From contig MNRO01000021.1 of NCBI GenBank assembly GCA_001915995.1, positions 93,759-157,758 on the forward strand: 64,000 nt of DNA. Reading direction: 5' to 3'. Positions 1-7,904 of this stretch are shown piece after piece. A program made the position numbers and the translations under genes. The notes below the pieces were generated by a model that saw only the letters and a list, made by a program, of their open reading frames with translations, was not told the DNA's origin and did not search any database. The number at the start of each line of letters is the position of its first letter. Position 1 is the stretch's first letter. Source of the DNA: Clostridium sp. 26_21. Its GTDB lineage: Bacteria; Bacillota; Clostridia; TANB77; CAG-508.

Positions 1-1
1 A

Positions 2-286
2 GTAAAATCTTGTGATATAGAAGCTTGGAGCCCACGTCAGCAAAAATATTTTGAAGTTTGTTCATGCTCTACTCTAGGAGATGCACAAGCAAGACGTCTA
101 AACATTAGATATAAAACAAAAGATGGAAACAAATTTGTTCATACTTTAAATAATACTGTTTTAGCTACACCAAGAGCTTTAATTGCTTTAATTGAATGTA
201 ATTATAATAAAGATGGAAGTATCACTGTTCCTAAAATTTTACAACCATATATGGGTGGAAAAGAAAAATTAATTCCTACAAAATAA
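2..286 (+). CDS. serS: seryl-tRNA synthetase, C-terminal fragment (5' end outside window)
   Basis: The frame is open from the window edge to TAA at 284-286. The translation KSCDIEAWSPRQQKYFEVCSCSTLGDAQARRLNIRYKTKDGNKFVHTLNNTVLATPRALIALIECNY...GSITVPKILQPYMGG matches the conserved class II SerRS C-terminus. Confidence 0.85.
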   Translation, partial: VKSCDIEAWSPRQQKYFEVCSCSTLGDAQARRLNIRYKTKDGNKFVHTLNNTVLATPRALIALIECNYNKDGSITVPKILQPYMGGKEKLIPTK

Positions 287-291
287 AGTAA

Positions 292-323
292 AAAATGTTC
301 ACAATTTAATGTGAACATTTTTT
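292..323 (+). terminator. intrinsic terminator after serS
   Basis: Stem aaaatgttcac / gtgaacatttt followed by a T-run. Confidence 0.75.
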
Positions 324-333
324 ACTTTGTATA

Positions 334-1299
334 TTGTATAAAATTTTTCATTATGCAAAATTTCAAGTATTTCGCCAAAAATTTGGGGAACATATCACAA
401 ATCCTTATACCTATTTCAGAGAACTTCCTTCTGACTTTGGTGTTGGTGTAACCTCTATACTTTTTGATTCTACAATAGAAAATAATAAAGATATTATAGC
501 AGTATTATTAGATTTATGTGCAAAAAAATATATAACTTTATCAAAACAAAATGATAAATATATTATTTCTGTTCTAAAAAAACCTGATACATATCTATTA
601 TATAATGAAAGATATATTTTAAGTTCAATAATAAATAATAACCTAAAAAATTTAGATTATAATGTATGGTATAATCATTGTTTAAATGATGGAATTAATC
701 TAAATCTTTTCTCATACCAAAAAAGAGAAAATTATTTTGAAAGATTATTTAAAATATCTGATAGAAGTACATTTATAACAATATTTATTATTTGTCTATC
801 TATGGGATTTATTGCTGCAATTTTAGTCGTTATATCATCATTAACAAACACTTCTAACATTACAAATTGGCAACCAATTATTATTTCATTATTAAAATTT
901 ACTGCATTGTTTACATCTATTTTATATATTTTAACTTTTATTATATATATGGTATTTAGATTAATTTTTGAATTTATTACTTTTATAATTAGATTATACT
1001 TAAATGCAATTAGTTCATCATATAATAAAGTTTTAAATAACACTTTACACAAAACAACTAAAGGAATTAGTGAATATCAAAAATTATATTCTTTTAAAGC
1101 TTTTCTAAAAGATTTTGGAAACTTTGCTGATAAATACCCTGAAGAAATTGTATTATGGGATAGATATTTATCATATGCACAAGTTTTTGGATTAACAAAA
1201 GAAATAATGAAAACTGGATATCCAAAATTAGTAAAAAATTCATCTTTTCAAATTGATGATATTAATAATATAACTTTTGATAATATAGAAATTAAATAG
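334..1299 (+). CDS. DUF2207-family membrane protein, apparently lacking its N-terminal segment (possible gene fragment)
   Basis: Motifs NPYTYFRELPSDFGVGVTS and EEIVLWDRYLSYAQVFGLTKEI are typical of DUF2207/YciQ-like proteins, and the central part has TM helices. The only in-frame start is a TTG at 334, with no Shine-Dalgarno and no ATG. The gene begins 10 nt after the serS terminator. Confidence 0.55.
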   Translation: MYKIFHYAKFQVFRQKFGEHITNPYTYFRELPSDFGVGVTSILFDSTIENNKDIIAVLLDLCAKKYITLSKQNDKYIISVLKKPDTYLLYNERYILSSIINNNLKNLDYNVWYNHCLNDGINLNLFSYQKRENYFERLFKISDRSTFITIFIICLSMGFIAAILVVISSLTNTSNITNWQPIIISLLKFTALFTSILYILTFIIYMVFRLIFEFITFIIRLYLNAISSSYNKVLNNTLHKTTKGISEYQKLYSFKAFLKDFGNFADKYPEEIVLWDRYLSYAQVFGLTKEIMKTGYPKLVKNSSFQIDDINNITFDNIEIK

Positions 1300-1300
1300 T

Positions 1301-1344
1301 AAAAAACTTGATAAAAATATATCTATTTTTATCAAGTTTTTTTG
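1301..1344 (+). terminator. intrinsic terminator
   Basis: Stem cttgataaaaat / atttttatcaag followed by T7. Confidence 0.8.
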
Positions 1345-1400
1345 TTGTTAACTTTTTGCATATTCTCTTATATTATATTATAATATATTTTTAAACTTTA

Positions 1401-1931
1401 TTATTTCCATAAATCTTCATTAATAAATCTAGTTAAGGCCATTATAAATGCATTTCTAGTTAAATCAATTCTTGTTACTTCATCTTTAGTCAAAAAACTA
1501 ATTCCACCTTTTCCCTTTCCTAATTCTTTGCCTTTAAATATTCTATCCATAACTTTTCCAAGTTCTGTTTCTTTTATCTCATCTATATATTTATCTGGAA
1601 TTGGAAATCCTTGACTTGTCCCAAAACTTTGAAAACCATTCCTATCTTCTATAATAACTGCATTTATATCTATCCACTCTCCTAAAGAATTAGTTATTCC
1701 TGCTTCACTTGATACATAAAAATCAACTTGTAGATTATTTTTAATCGCATATTTCTTTAAATTTTTTACTCTATTTTTTGCACCTTGTAATATTTCTTCA
1801 TTAACTGGTTGGTTTCCAACTTCTGATTCTACAGATATTCCTTCTATTTCAACATTATCAAAATATTTTTCAAATGCTTGTCTTGCACCTTCTATTTTTC
1901 CAGGATTTTTTGTTCCCATTAATATTTTCAT
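1401..1931 (-). CDS. inosine/xanthosine triphosphatase (YjjX / non-canonical purine NTP phosphatase family)
   Basis: N-terminus MKILMGTKNPGKIEGARQAFEKYF and the overall ~175 aa size resemble the YjjX/DUF84 NTPase family. Confidence 0.65.
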   Translation of the reverse strand: MKILMGTKNPGKIEGARQAFEKYFDNVEIEGISVESEVGNQPVNEEILQGAKNRVKNLKKYAIKNNLQVDFYVSSEAGITNSLGEWIDINAVIIEDRNGFQSFGTSQGFPIPDKYIDEIKETELGKVMDRIFKGKELGKGKGGISFLTKDEVTRIDLTRNAFIMALTRFINEDLWK

Positions 1932-1970
1932 TTATTTATTCTCCTTTATTATAAAAACTCTTAACAAATT

Positions 1971-3104
1971 TTATTTTTCAATATTTTTTCGTTCTAGTAC
2001 TGTTACACACTCCACATGGCTAGTAAAAGGAAACATATCCACAGGTTGAACAGCTTTAATATCATAATCATTTTCAAGTAAAAGCAAATTATCAACTAAA
2101 GTATCTGGATTACAACTAATATAAACAAGCTTTTTTGGTTTAACCTTAATAATTGTCTTAATAGTTTTACCGTCTAATCCGCTTCTAGGTGGATCAACAA
2201 AAATCACATCTGCTTTTTCTTTACTACATAATTTAGGTAACAACTCTTCAACTTTTCCATCCATAAAAGATGTGTTTGTAATATTACTCATTCTTGCATT
2301 TGCTCTTGCATCAATCACTGCTTCTTTTACGATTTCTATCCCATAAACCTTTTTGACCTTTTTGGCAACACTTAAAGAAATAGTACCAATTCCAGAATAT
2401 AAATCATAAACAACTTCATTCCCTGTAAGCTTAGCAAAATCAATTGCTGTATCATATAGTTTTTTCATTTGAATAGGATTTACTTGATAAAAAGATAAAG
2501 GTGAAATTTTTATTTTTAATTCTCCAAGCTTGTCCATTATAAAACCTGTTCCATACATTTTAAAATTTTTATTTCCTAATATTGCATTAGTTTCTCTTAT
2601 ATTAATATTTTGAATAATAGATTTTATCTCTTTAAACTTTGTTGTTAGATCTTTTATAATCTCTTGCTTTTTATACATTTTTCCATCTGTAGTAACAAAT
2701 ATAACCATTACCTCATCAGTAAAAAATCCATATCTAATTACTACATGTCTTAAAAAACCTTTTCCTGTATCCTCATTATAAATACTAATATGATATTTTT
2801 TTACAAGTTCAAATATGTAATCTGCAACTTGATTTATTTTTTCATTTTGTATTGCACATTTTGCATATACAATTTTATGAGTTCCTTCTTCAAAGAATCC
2901 CATTTTTCCGTTCTTAAAAGCATATTTTCCTTTATTTCTATAATTGTATGGATTTTCCATTCCAATACAATAATTTACTTTTATATTTTGTTTTAACTTT
3001 TTTAATTGTTTTTCTACATATTCCGTTTTTGTTTTCAATTGTTGTGCATATTGAATTTTCCCATATACACAACCTCCACATTTTTCTTGAATTTCACAAT
3101 TCAT
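1971..3104 (-). CDS. rlmD: 23S rRNA (uracil-5-)-methyltransferase, RumA/RlmD (TrmA) family
   Basis: Contains the Fe-S cysteine cluster CEIQEKCGGC, the SAM-binding segment VYDLYSGIGTISL, and the C-terminal DPPRSGL ... YISCNP ... VDMFPFTSHVECV signature of RumA-type m5U methyltransferases. Confidence 0.85.
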   Translation of the reverse strand: MNCEIQEKCGGCVYGKIQYAQQLKTKTEYVEKQLKKLKQNIKVNYCIGMENPYNYRNKGKYAFKNGKMGFFEEGTHKIVYAKCAIQNEKINQVADYIFELVKKYHISIYNEDTGKGFLRHVVIRYGFFTDEVMVIFVTTDGKMYKKQEIIKDLTTKFKEIKSIIQNINIRETNAILGNKNFKMYGTGFIMDKLGELKIKISPLSFYQVNPIQMKKLYDTAIDFAKLTGNEVVYDLYSGIGTISLSVAKKVKKVYGIEIVKEAVIDARANARMSNITNTSFMDGKVEELLPKLCSKEKADVIFVDPPRSGLDGKTIKTIIKVKPKKLVYISCNPDTLVDNLLLLENDYDIKAVQPVDMFPFTSHVECVTVLERKNIEK

Positions 3105-3278
3105 TTTCTCACATCCTATAATATATCGTTTTCTATATTAATATATTATTATAAAACCTATCAATTGTCAATCTCCTTTGGCTCTAGTTCTATAAAACTT
3201 TATATATTTAAATATATCTTGTATTAAATTTTATATTATGATATATTAATACTATCGAATTATAAAGGAGATTTACTT

Positions 3279-3690
3279 ATAAAAAAAACAAAATACTCAA
3301 CACCAGAATATAAAGCAAAATTAGGTCCAACATTAATAATTATAGGAATTATATTTTATGGAATTTTTTTAGTTTTTCCAACTTGCTTTTTGATATATTA
3401 TTTAATAAAACGTCCAAATATTTTAGATATTTTGCAAAATGACATCGTATCTGATACATTACCATTTCTTGCACTTATCTTTTTTGGATATATAATGTGG
3501 ATATTTATCATCTTCTTTTCATTAATAGGAAAATGTCTTGGAAAATTAAAATTATTATTTAACCATATATCTTCAATTAATAAAAATCCATATATTTATT
3601 TTAGAGAATTACCAAACAATTTTGGAATAGGTGTAACTTCATTTTGATGATATTAATAATATAACTTTTGATAATATAGAAATACTTTAA
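3279..3690 (+). pseudogene. DUF2207-family paralog remnant: N-terminal TM region fused out of frame to the last 14 codons, with the body deleted
   Basis: An AAAGGAG SD at 3264-3270 is followed by ATA rather than ATG. The frame encodes KKTKYSTPEYKAKLGPTLIIIGIIFYG...NKNPYIYFRELPNNFGIGVTSF and stops at 3645-3647. Positions 3646-3690 (+1 frame) encode DDINNITFDNIEIL, nearly identical to the C-terminus DDINNITFDNIEIK of the gene at 334-1299. Confidence 0.6.
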
Positions 3691-3692
3691 CC

Positions 3693-3732
3693 AAAAAAAT
3701 AAGTCTAATAAAATTATATTAGACTTATTTTC
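3693..3732. terminator. bidirectional intrinsic terminator
   Basis: Stem ataagtctaata / tattagacttat, flanked by an A-run upstream and a T-run downstream. It lies between convergent genes. Confidence 0.7.
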
Positions 3733-3735
3733 AAT

Positions 3736-4677
3736 TTATTTCTTCTCTTTATTTCTTTTATCTTGAATTATTGCCATTTCTTTTTCTGTAATTAGTGTTA
3801 CATTATTTTCTTTTGCCCATGCAACACAACCCTTTAATACAGTATTTAAAAATACTCTTGGAACTTTTATTAATTTTGCACACGCTTCATCTGTAAATTT
3901 TATTTCTGGATCAATTCTTGATGCAGCATATTTTACTGTATCTAAACTAATTCCTTTACTTGCTGGAATTGGTTCTGATATAGGTCTTTTAAATCTTGTA
4001 TACCAGAAGTTTTTATTATCACGATATCCATAGTCTACTGGAACTTGTGGAAATACATTTGCATTAACCCCATTTATTATTGCATCATAATACTTTGGTT
4101 TCATTAAGATATTATCAATTTTTAATATGAAATGTGCTCCAAATTGGCTTGTTATTCCATTAAATTGATGATATGGTGGTAAATATTCATCTTGCACTTT
4201 ATCATTTTCTGCTCCATCTAATTCTCTAACCCATGTACATTCAAATACTTGGAATGCTTCTTGAATTATTTTTGGATATTGCTCATTTGGATTTTCTCTT
4301 GCTCTTTTTCCATCAACTAAATTAAAAATACAGTCTTTCATTTTCTCTTCAGTTGTTTCCCCTGGATATCCTAATCTCACTGCTTCTTTAAAATATTTTC
4401 TTTTATCTGTTATAAAATTAATTGTACATTTTCCTGTTCTTAATATATTTTTAGCTGTATTTGAACTGTTTCTGCAACAAAGTATCATTGCATAATAGTC
4501 CTTTCCTGCTATGTAATAAGGAAAACATAGTGAATATGATCCTAAATTTGTTAATCCTGATTCACTTAATGTTCCTATTTCTGTTGTTGGCATTGGAAAA
4601 AAGCTTGATGTTTGATAAAAATTATCAACTATTCTCAAATCTTTAAATCCATTTAATTCTTCAATTTTCTTTTCCAT
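3736..4677 (-). CDS. flavin reductase-like (FMN-binding split-barrel) family protein, tentative
   Basis: The segment NSSNTAKNILRTGKCTINFI resembles the conserved T..Ni...g.f.vn motif of the Flavin_Reduct domain. The protein is longer (313 aa) than the canonical family. Confidence 0.4.
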   Translation of the reverse strand: MEKKIEELNGFKDLRIVDNFYQTSSFFPMPTTEIGTLSESGLTNLGSYSLCFPYYIAGKDYYAMILCCRNSSNTAKNILRTGKCTINFITDKRKYFKEAVRLGYPGETTEEKMKDCIFNLVDGKRARENPNEQYPKIIQEAFQVFECTWVRELDGAENDKVQDEYLPPYHQFNGITSQFGAHFILKIDNILMKPKYYDAIINGVNANVFPQVPVDYGYRDNKNFWYTRFKRPISEPIPASKGISLDTVKYAASRIDPEIKFTDEACAKLIKVPRVFLNTVLKGCVAWAKENNVTLITEKEMAIIQDKRNKEKK

Positions 4678-4732
4678 TGTATTTCTTCCTTTCTTCTAAT
4701 CTTATGTCTGTACCATTATATTATTATAAAAA

Positions 4733-5776
4733 TTAAAAATTGTCAAAATCTAAATATGCATATTTTTGTGTTTTAAATTCAACTGCCTTTTGAATTTCTT
4801 CTTTTGCAATTTCAGATATTTTACTTACTCTTTTTCCATTTACTAATGGATTAATATATCTTATTTTTGCATTTATATTTACACAATATTTTCCTTTAAC
4901 TTCTTTATCACTTTCTTTTATTTCATAAGCATTTTTCCAAAAATTAAATTTTTTAGAGATATCTTTATAATTACAATTTTCAATTCTTTCTATTACTTCT
5001 TTTTCAGATAATTCATATAAATCTTTTTTGGTTATTAAATTTTTATAAGACATATTTTTCATTATATCTGCTAAAAATTGCATTGATAATTTTGTTTTAT
5101 TATCTATATAAGAATTTGATAATATTCTCATTCCTTTCACAAATTTTTCAGCAATTGTTTTATCCTTAAAGCCAAGTTCATCAATTCCTTGCTCATTTTT
5201 TTGTACTTCTATATTATCATAAATTTCTTTTATATCATTTAAGTTCCAAACTTTTTTACGAACTCCTAATCCATTTGATAATGTATATTCCAATCTATCT
5301 GCTGATAACATTGGTGTATCATTATCTGCTATTGGATAGATATGATAATTATCAACTTCTTCTACTTTTATTCCATCTCTTTTTAATAACTTCATTATCT
5401 CTTTTGATTCACTTATTATTCTGGTTGTAAGTTCTTCTGTTGATTCTTGTTTTTCATAATCTCCATTCATAAAATCTATACTATGCTTAAATACTGGTGT
5501 TGCTATATCATGAAACAATCCTGCAAGTGTTTGTTTTTTATTTTTTGTAAAATGCCACACAATTAAACTTACAGCTATACTATGGTCTAAACTTGAATAC
5601 CATATCATTTTATCAAATAATTTAGTATAATATGTACCACATGATACACTTATTTTTGCTTGTTTTTGCATTTCTTTTGTATTTATATATTCATTTAAAA
5701 AATCAGGAGTTTCATCTGATAGTATTTTAAAATATTCTTTTATTGTTTTGTCCAACATTTCAAAATAATTTTTCAT
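4733..5776 (-). CDS. HD-domain phosphohydrolase family protein
   Basis: H...HD signature: LDHSIAVSLIVWHF ... LAGLFHDIATPVFKH. Confidence 0.65.
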   Translation of the reverse strand: MKNYFEMLDKTIKEYFKILSDETPDFLNEYINTKEMQKQAKISVSCGTYYTKLFDKMIWYSSLDHSIAVSLIVWHFTKNKKQTLAGLFHDIATPVFKHSIDFMNGDYEKQESTEELTTRIISESKEIMKLLKRDGIKVEEVDNYHIYPIADNDTPMLSADRLEYTLSNGLGVRKKVWNLNDIKEIYDNIEVQKNEQGIDELGFKDKTIAEKFVKGMRILSNSYIDNKTKLSMQFLADIMKNMSYKNLITKKDLYELSEKEVIERIENCNYKDISKKFNFWKNAYEIKESDKEVKGKYCVNINAKIRYINPLVNGKRVSKISEIAKEEIQKAVEFKTQKYAYLDFDNF

Positions 5777-5843
5777 TATATATTAATCCTTTCTTTTATG
5801 TTTTTATTCTATCACAACCATTTTTTGTTTACAAGTAATTAAC

Positions 5844-5872
5844 TTGCACTTTTAAGTTTTCAATGTTATAAT
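5844..5872 (+). promoter_or_regulatory. sigma-A type promoter upstream of engB
   Basis: TTGCAC (5844-5849), 17-nt spacer, TATAAT (5867-5872), preceded by TG (extended -10, TGTTATAAT). Confidence 0.55.
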
Positions 5873-5906
5873 ATCCACATATTATGTATAAGAAAGGAAT
5901 TTAATT

Positions 5907-6488
5907 ATGATAATAAAAAATCCACGTTTTGAGATTTCTGCTGTAAAAGAAAGTCAATATCCACAAAATGGTCTACCAGAAGTTGTTTTAGTTGGAAAAT
6001 CTAATGTTGGAAAATCTAGTTTTGTTAATACAATGATTAATAGAAGAAAACTTGCTCGTACAAGTAGTGAACCTGGTAAAACTCGTCAACTAAATTTTTA
6101 TAATATGGATGACAAATTTTATTTTGTTGACTTACCTGGTTATGGTTATAGCAAAATGTCAAAACAAGAACAAGCAAAAGTTGGAGAATTTATTGAAAAT
6201 TATTTAAAACATCGTAAAGAAATTTGTTTAATTATATTTTTAGTTGATATAAGACATGATCCTACTTCAAATGATTTTTTAATGTATGATTATGTTATTA
6301 GAAGTGGTCTTCCTTGTATGATTCTTACAAATAAAGCTGATAAGATTGCTAAAACTAAGGTTCTTGATGTTTCTAAAAATATTCAAAATCAATTAAACCC
6401 TATTGGTGATATTACTACACTACCCTTTTCTTCTGAAAAAAAAATTTATTGTGAAGATGTTTGGAATATAATTGAACAATATATTTAA
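5907..6488 (+). CDS. engB: ribosome biogenesis GTP-binding protein YsxC/EngB
   Basis: G1 motif GKSNVGKSSFVN, followed by RTSSEPGKTRQLNFY, DLPGYGY and TNKADK (G4). Confidence 0.9.
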   Translation: MIIKNPRFEISAVKESQYPQNGLPEVVLVGKSNVGKSSFVNTMINRRKLARTSSEPGKTRQLNFYNMDDKFYFVDLPGYGYSKMSKQEQAKVGEFIENYLKHRKEICLIIFLVDIRHDPTSNDFLMYDYVIRSGLPCMILTNKADKIAKTKVLDVSKNIQNQLNPIGDITTLPFSSEKKIYCEDVWNIIEQYI

Positions 6489-6518
6489 AAATGTCAAATT
6501 TATATTTTTTATAAAATA

Positions 6519-6528
6519 TTTTGTCGAA
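6519..6528 (+). promoter_or_regulatory. Spo0A-box-like motif TTTGTCGAA
   Basis: Exact match ttttgtcgaa to the 0A-box core TGTCGAA. It is intergenic, about 50 bp upstream of the -35 at 6578. Confidence 0.35.
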
Positions 6529-6537
6529 TTATAAAAG

Positions 6538-6567
6538 AAAAAAGAGCTTGATTTATAGCTCTTTTTA
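6538..6567 (+). terminator. intrinsic terminator after engB
   Basis: Stem aaagagct / agctcttt followed by a T-run. Confidence 0.7.
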
Positions 6568-6577
6568 TGTTTTGGGT

Positions 6578-6606
6578 TTGACATTTTTTGTAAATTTTGT
6601 TATAAT
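6578..6606 (+). promoter_or_regulatory. consensus sigma-A promoter of the 6691 islet gene
   Basis: TTGACA (6578-6583), 17-nt spacer, TATAAT (6601-6606), with extended -10 TGTTATAAT. Confidence 0.65.
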
Positions 6607-6690
6607 AAAGTATAGTCCATTTGTTGAAATCTTTCTTTCAACATTGTATTAGCATTTTAAAAAATAGGCAAATGCCTAGGAGGAAAAAAA

Positions 6691-7137
6691 ATGAATGTGT
6701 ACATTGATAATCAAAAAAATCACCAAAAGTCCATTCCATTGGAAGATGTGTTTGGAAAAGATTCACTAAGATTATATAAGACTTGTGAGAAAATCTGGTT
6801 TAGTTGGCTTCATCCCTACAAAGGATGCTATGAAGCTAAAATTCCGAACATTTGGGATTTTAGCTTAAAAGCAAGAATCCCATTTAACAGCTCGTTTGAT
6901 GACGAATATAAAAAGTTCATCAATAACTGGCTTGAAGAACATCCTGCTGAAAAGAAAAAAATGGATGATTCCAAAGCCGAATGGAAGGCTAATTTCGAAG
7001 CACAATTTAAAATTGTCGCACAAATTGCTAGCAAACATAATGCAACAATTATCTGGTGTGGCAAAGATAGTAATGCTTGCGGAGACCAGTGGGTTGTTTC
7101 TCAAAACAATGAGCAACTTGGTGTATTTACTGTATAA
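6691..7137 (+). CDS. hypothetical protein, 148 aa, compositionally distinct (islet 1)
   Basis: AGGAGG SD 8 nt upstream of the ATG, with its own promoter and terminator. A 60-nt line at 6781 counts 23 G+C, against 16 in a line of engB. I recognise no motif in the protein. Confidence 0.7.
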   Translation: MNVYIDNQKNHQKSIPLEDVFGKDSLRLYKTCEKIWFSWLHPYKGCYEAKIPNIWDFSLKARIPFNSSFDDEYKKFINNWLEEHPAEKKKMDDSKAEWKANFEAQFKIVAQIASKHNATIIWCGKDSNACGDQWVVSQNNEQLGVFTV

Positions 7138-7163
7138 CATTCACTAAAAAAGATTATTTCTTT

Positions 7164-7193
7164 CTCTCGTCCTTGCAGGGCGAGAGTTTTTTT
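7164..7193 (+). terminator. strong intrinsic terminator
   Basis: Stem ctctcgtcct / agggcgagag (10 bp, one G-U), loop tgc, followed by T7. Confidence 0.85.
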
Positions 7194-7195
7194 AT

Positions 7196-7240
7196 AAAAA
7201 TAATGGAGTTAATAATATAAAATTAACTCCATTATTTTTA
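7196..7240. terminator. bidirectional terminator (serves the minus-strand DUF951 gene)
   Basis: 15-bp stem aataatggagttaat / attaactccattatt with A/T runs on both sides. Confidence 0.7.
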
Positions 7241-7423
7241 TTCTGCTTTTTTTTCTAATTTAGTTATTACTTTTAAGGCTTTGGGTCTTTCAAGAACAAC
7301 AATATGGCCACAACCTAGGCATTTTAATTTAAAATCAACACCAACTCTAGTTATCTCCCAAAGTTTACTTCCACATGGATGTGTCTTTTTTGTTCTAACT
7401 ATATCTCCTATGTTATATTCCAT
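7238..7423 (-). CDS. DUF951 family protein (YyzM-like)
   Basis: MEYNIGDIVRTKKTHPCGSKLWEITRVGVDFKLKCLGCGHIVVLERP matches the DUF951 CxxxxW...CxGCGH pattern. I chose the start at 7423 because AGGAGG lies 7 nt upstream. The longer track ORF overlaps the upstream gene. Confidence 0.75.
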   Translation of the reverse strand: MEYNIGDIVRTKKTHPCGSKLWEITRVGVDFKLKCLGCGHIVVLERPKALKVITKLEKKAE

Positions 7424-7433
7424 ATTGCTCCTC

Positions 7434-7904
7434 CTATCTTTCAACTTCTTCAAAATTCTTTTTTCTTCCAAATCTTCTAATAATTTCTTCTACATCTTTT
7501 TCTTGAAGGCCTTTTCCTATTCCTCGTGTATTTGTATCATCCATTTTTATTAAATGACTTAATAATTCATCATCAAAATCTGGAAAAACAACATCATCTA
7601 ATAAAATATAATCTTCAATGTTTCTATGTTCAGATAAATATTGTTTTATTTCTTTTCCTCTTTCATTATCAATAAAAGGTGTTTTATCAAACATAATTCT
7701 ATTTTGTAATAACATTTCTTGAACTTTTAAAAATGATTGTGTATATCTAAAAGATGTATCCATTACAATTTTCGCACCTGTTTCTTCAATTGCTCTTTTT
7801 AATAATAAAACTGTTTTTATATCAATATCTTGTTTTCCTTTTACACTATCTATAAAATCATCTGAATTTAGAACTCCATCAACATCAACAAAAATTACTT
7901 TCAC
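7434..7904 (-). CDS. HAD-superfamily hydrolase-like protein
   Basis: N-terminal HAD motif I: MKVIFVDVDGVLN. Confidence 0.55.
   Translation of the reverse strand: MKVIFVDVDGVLNSDDFIDSVKGKQDIDIKTVLLLKRAIEETGAKIVMDTSFRYTQSFLKVQEMLLQNRIMFDKTPFIDNERGKEIKQYLSEHRNIEDYILLDDVVFPDFDDELLSHLIKMDDTNTRGIGKGLQEKDVEEIIRRFGRKKNFEEVER

Noticed and set aside
6828-7147. Three ORFs (78-91 aa) overlapping the 148-aa gene on both strands.
   Set aside because: Only the 6691-7137 frame has an AGGAGG SD, a consensus promoter and a terminator. The others are by-products of the locally higher G+C.
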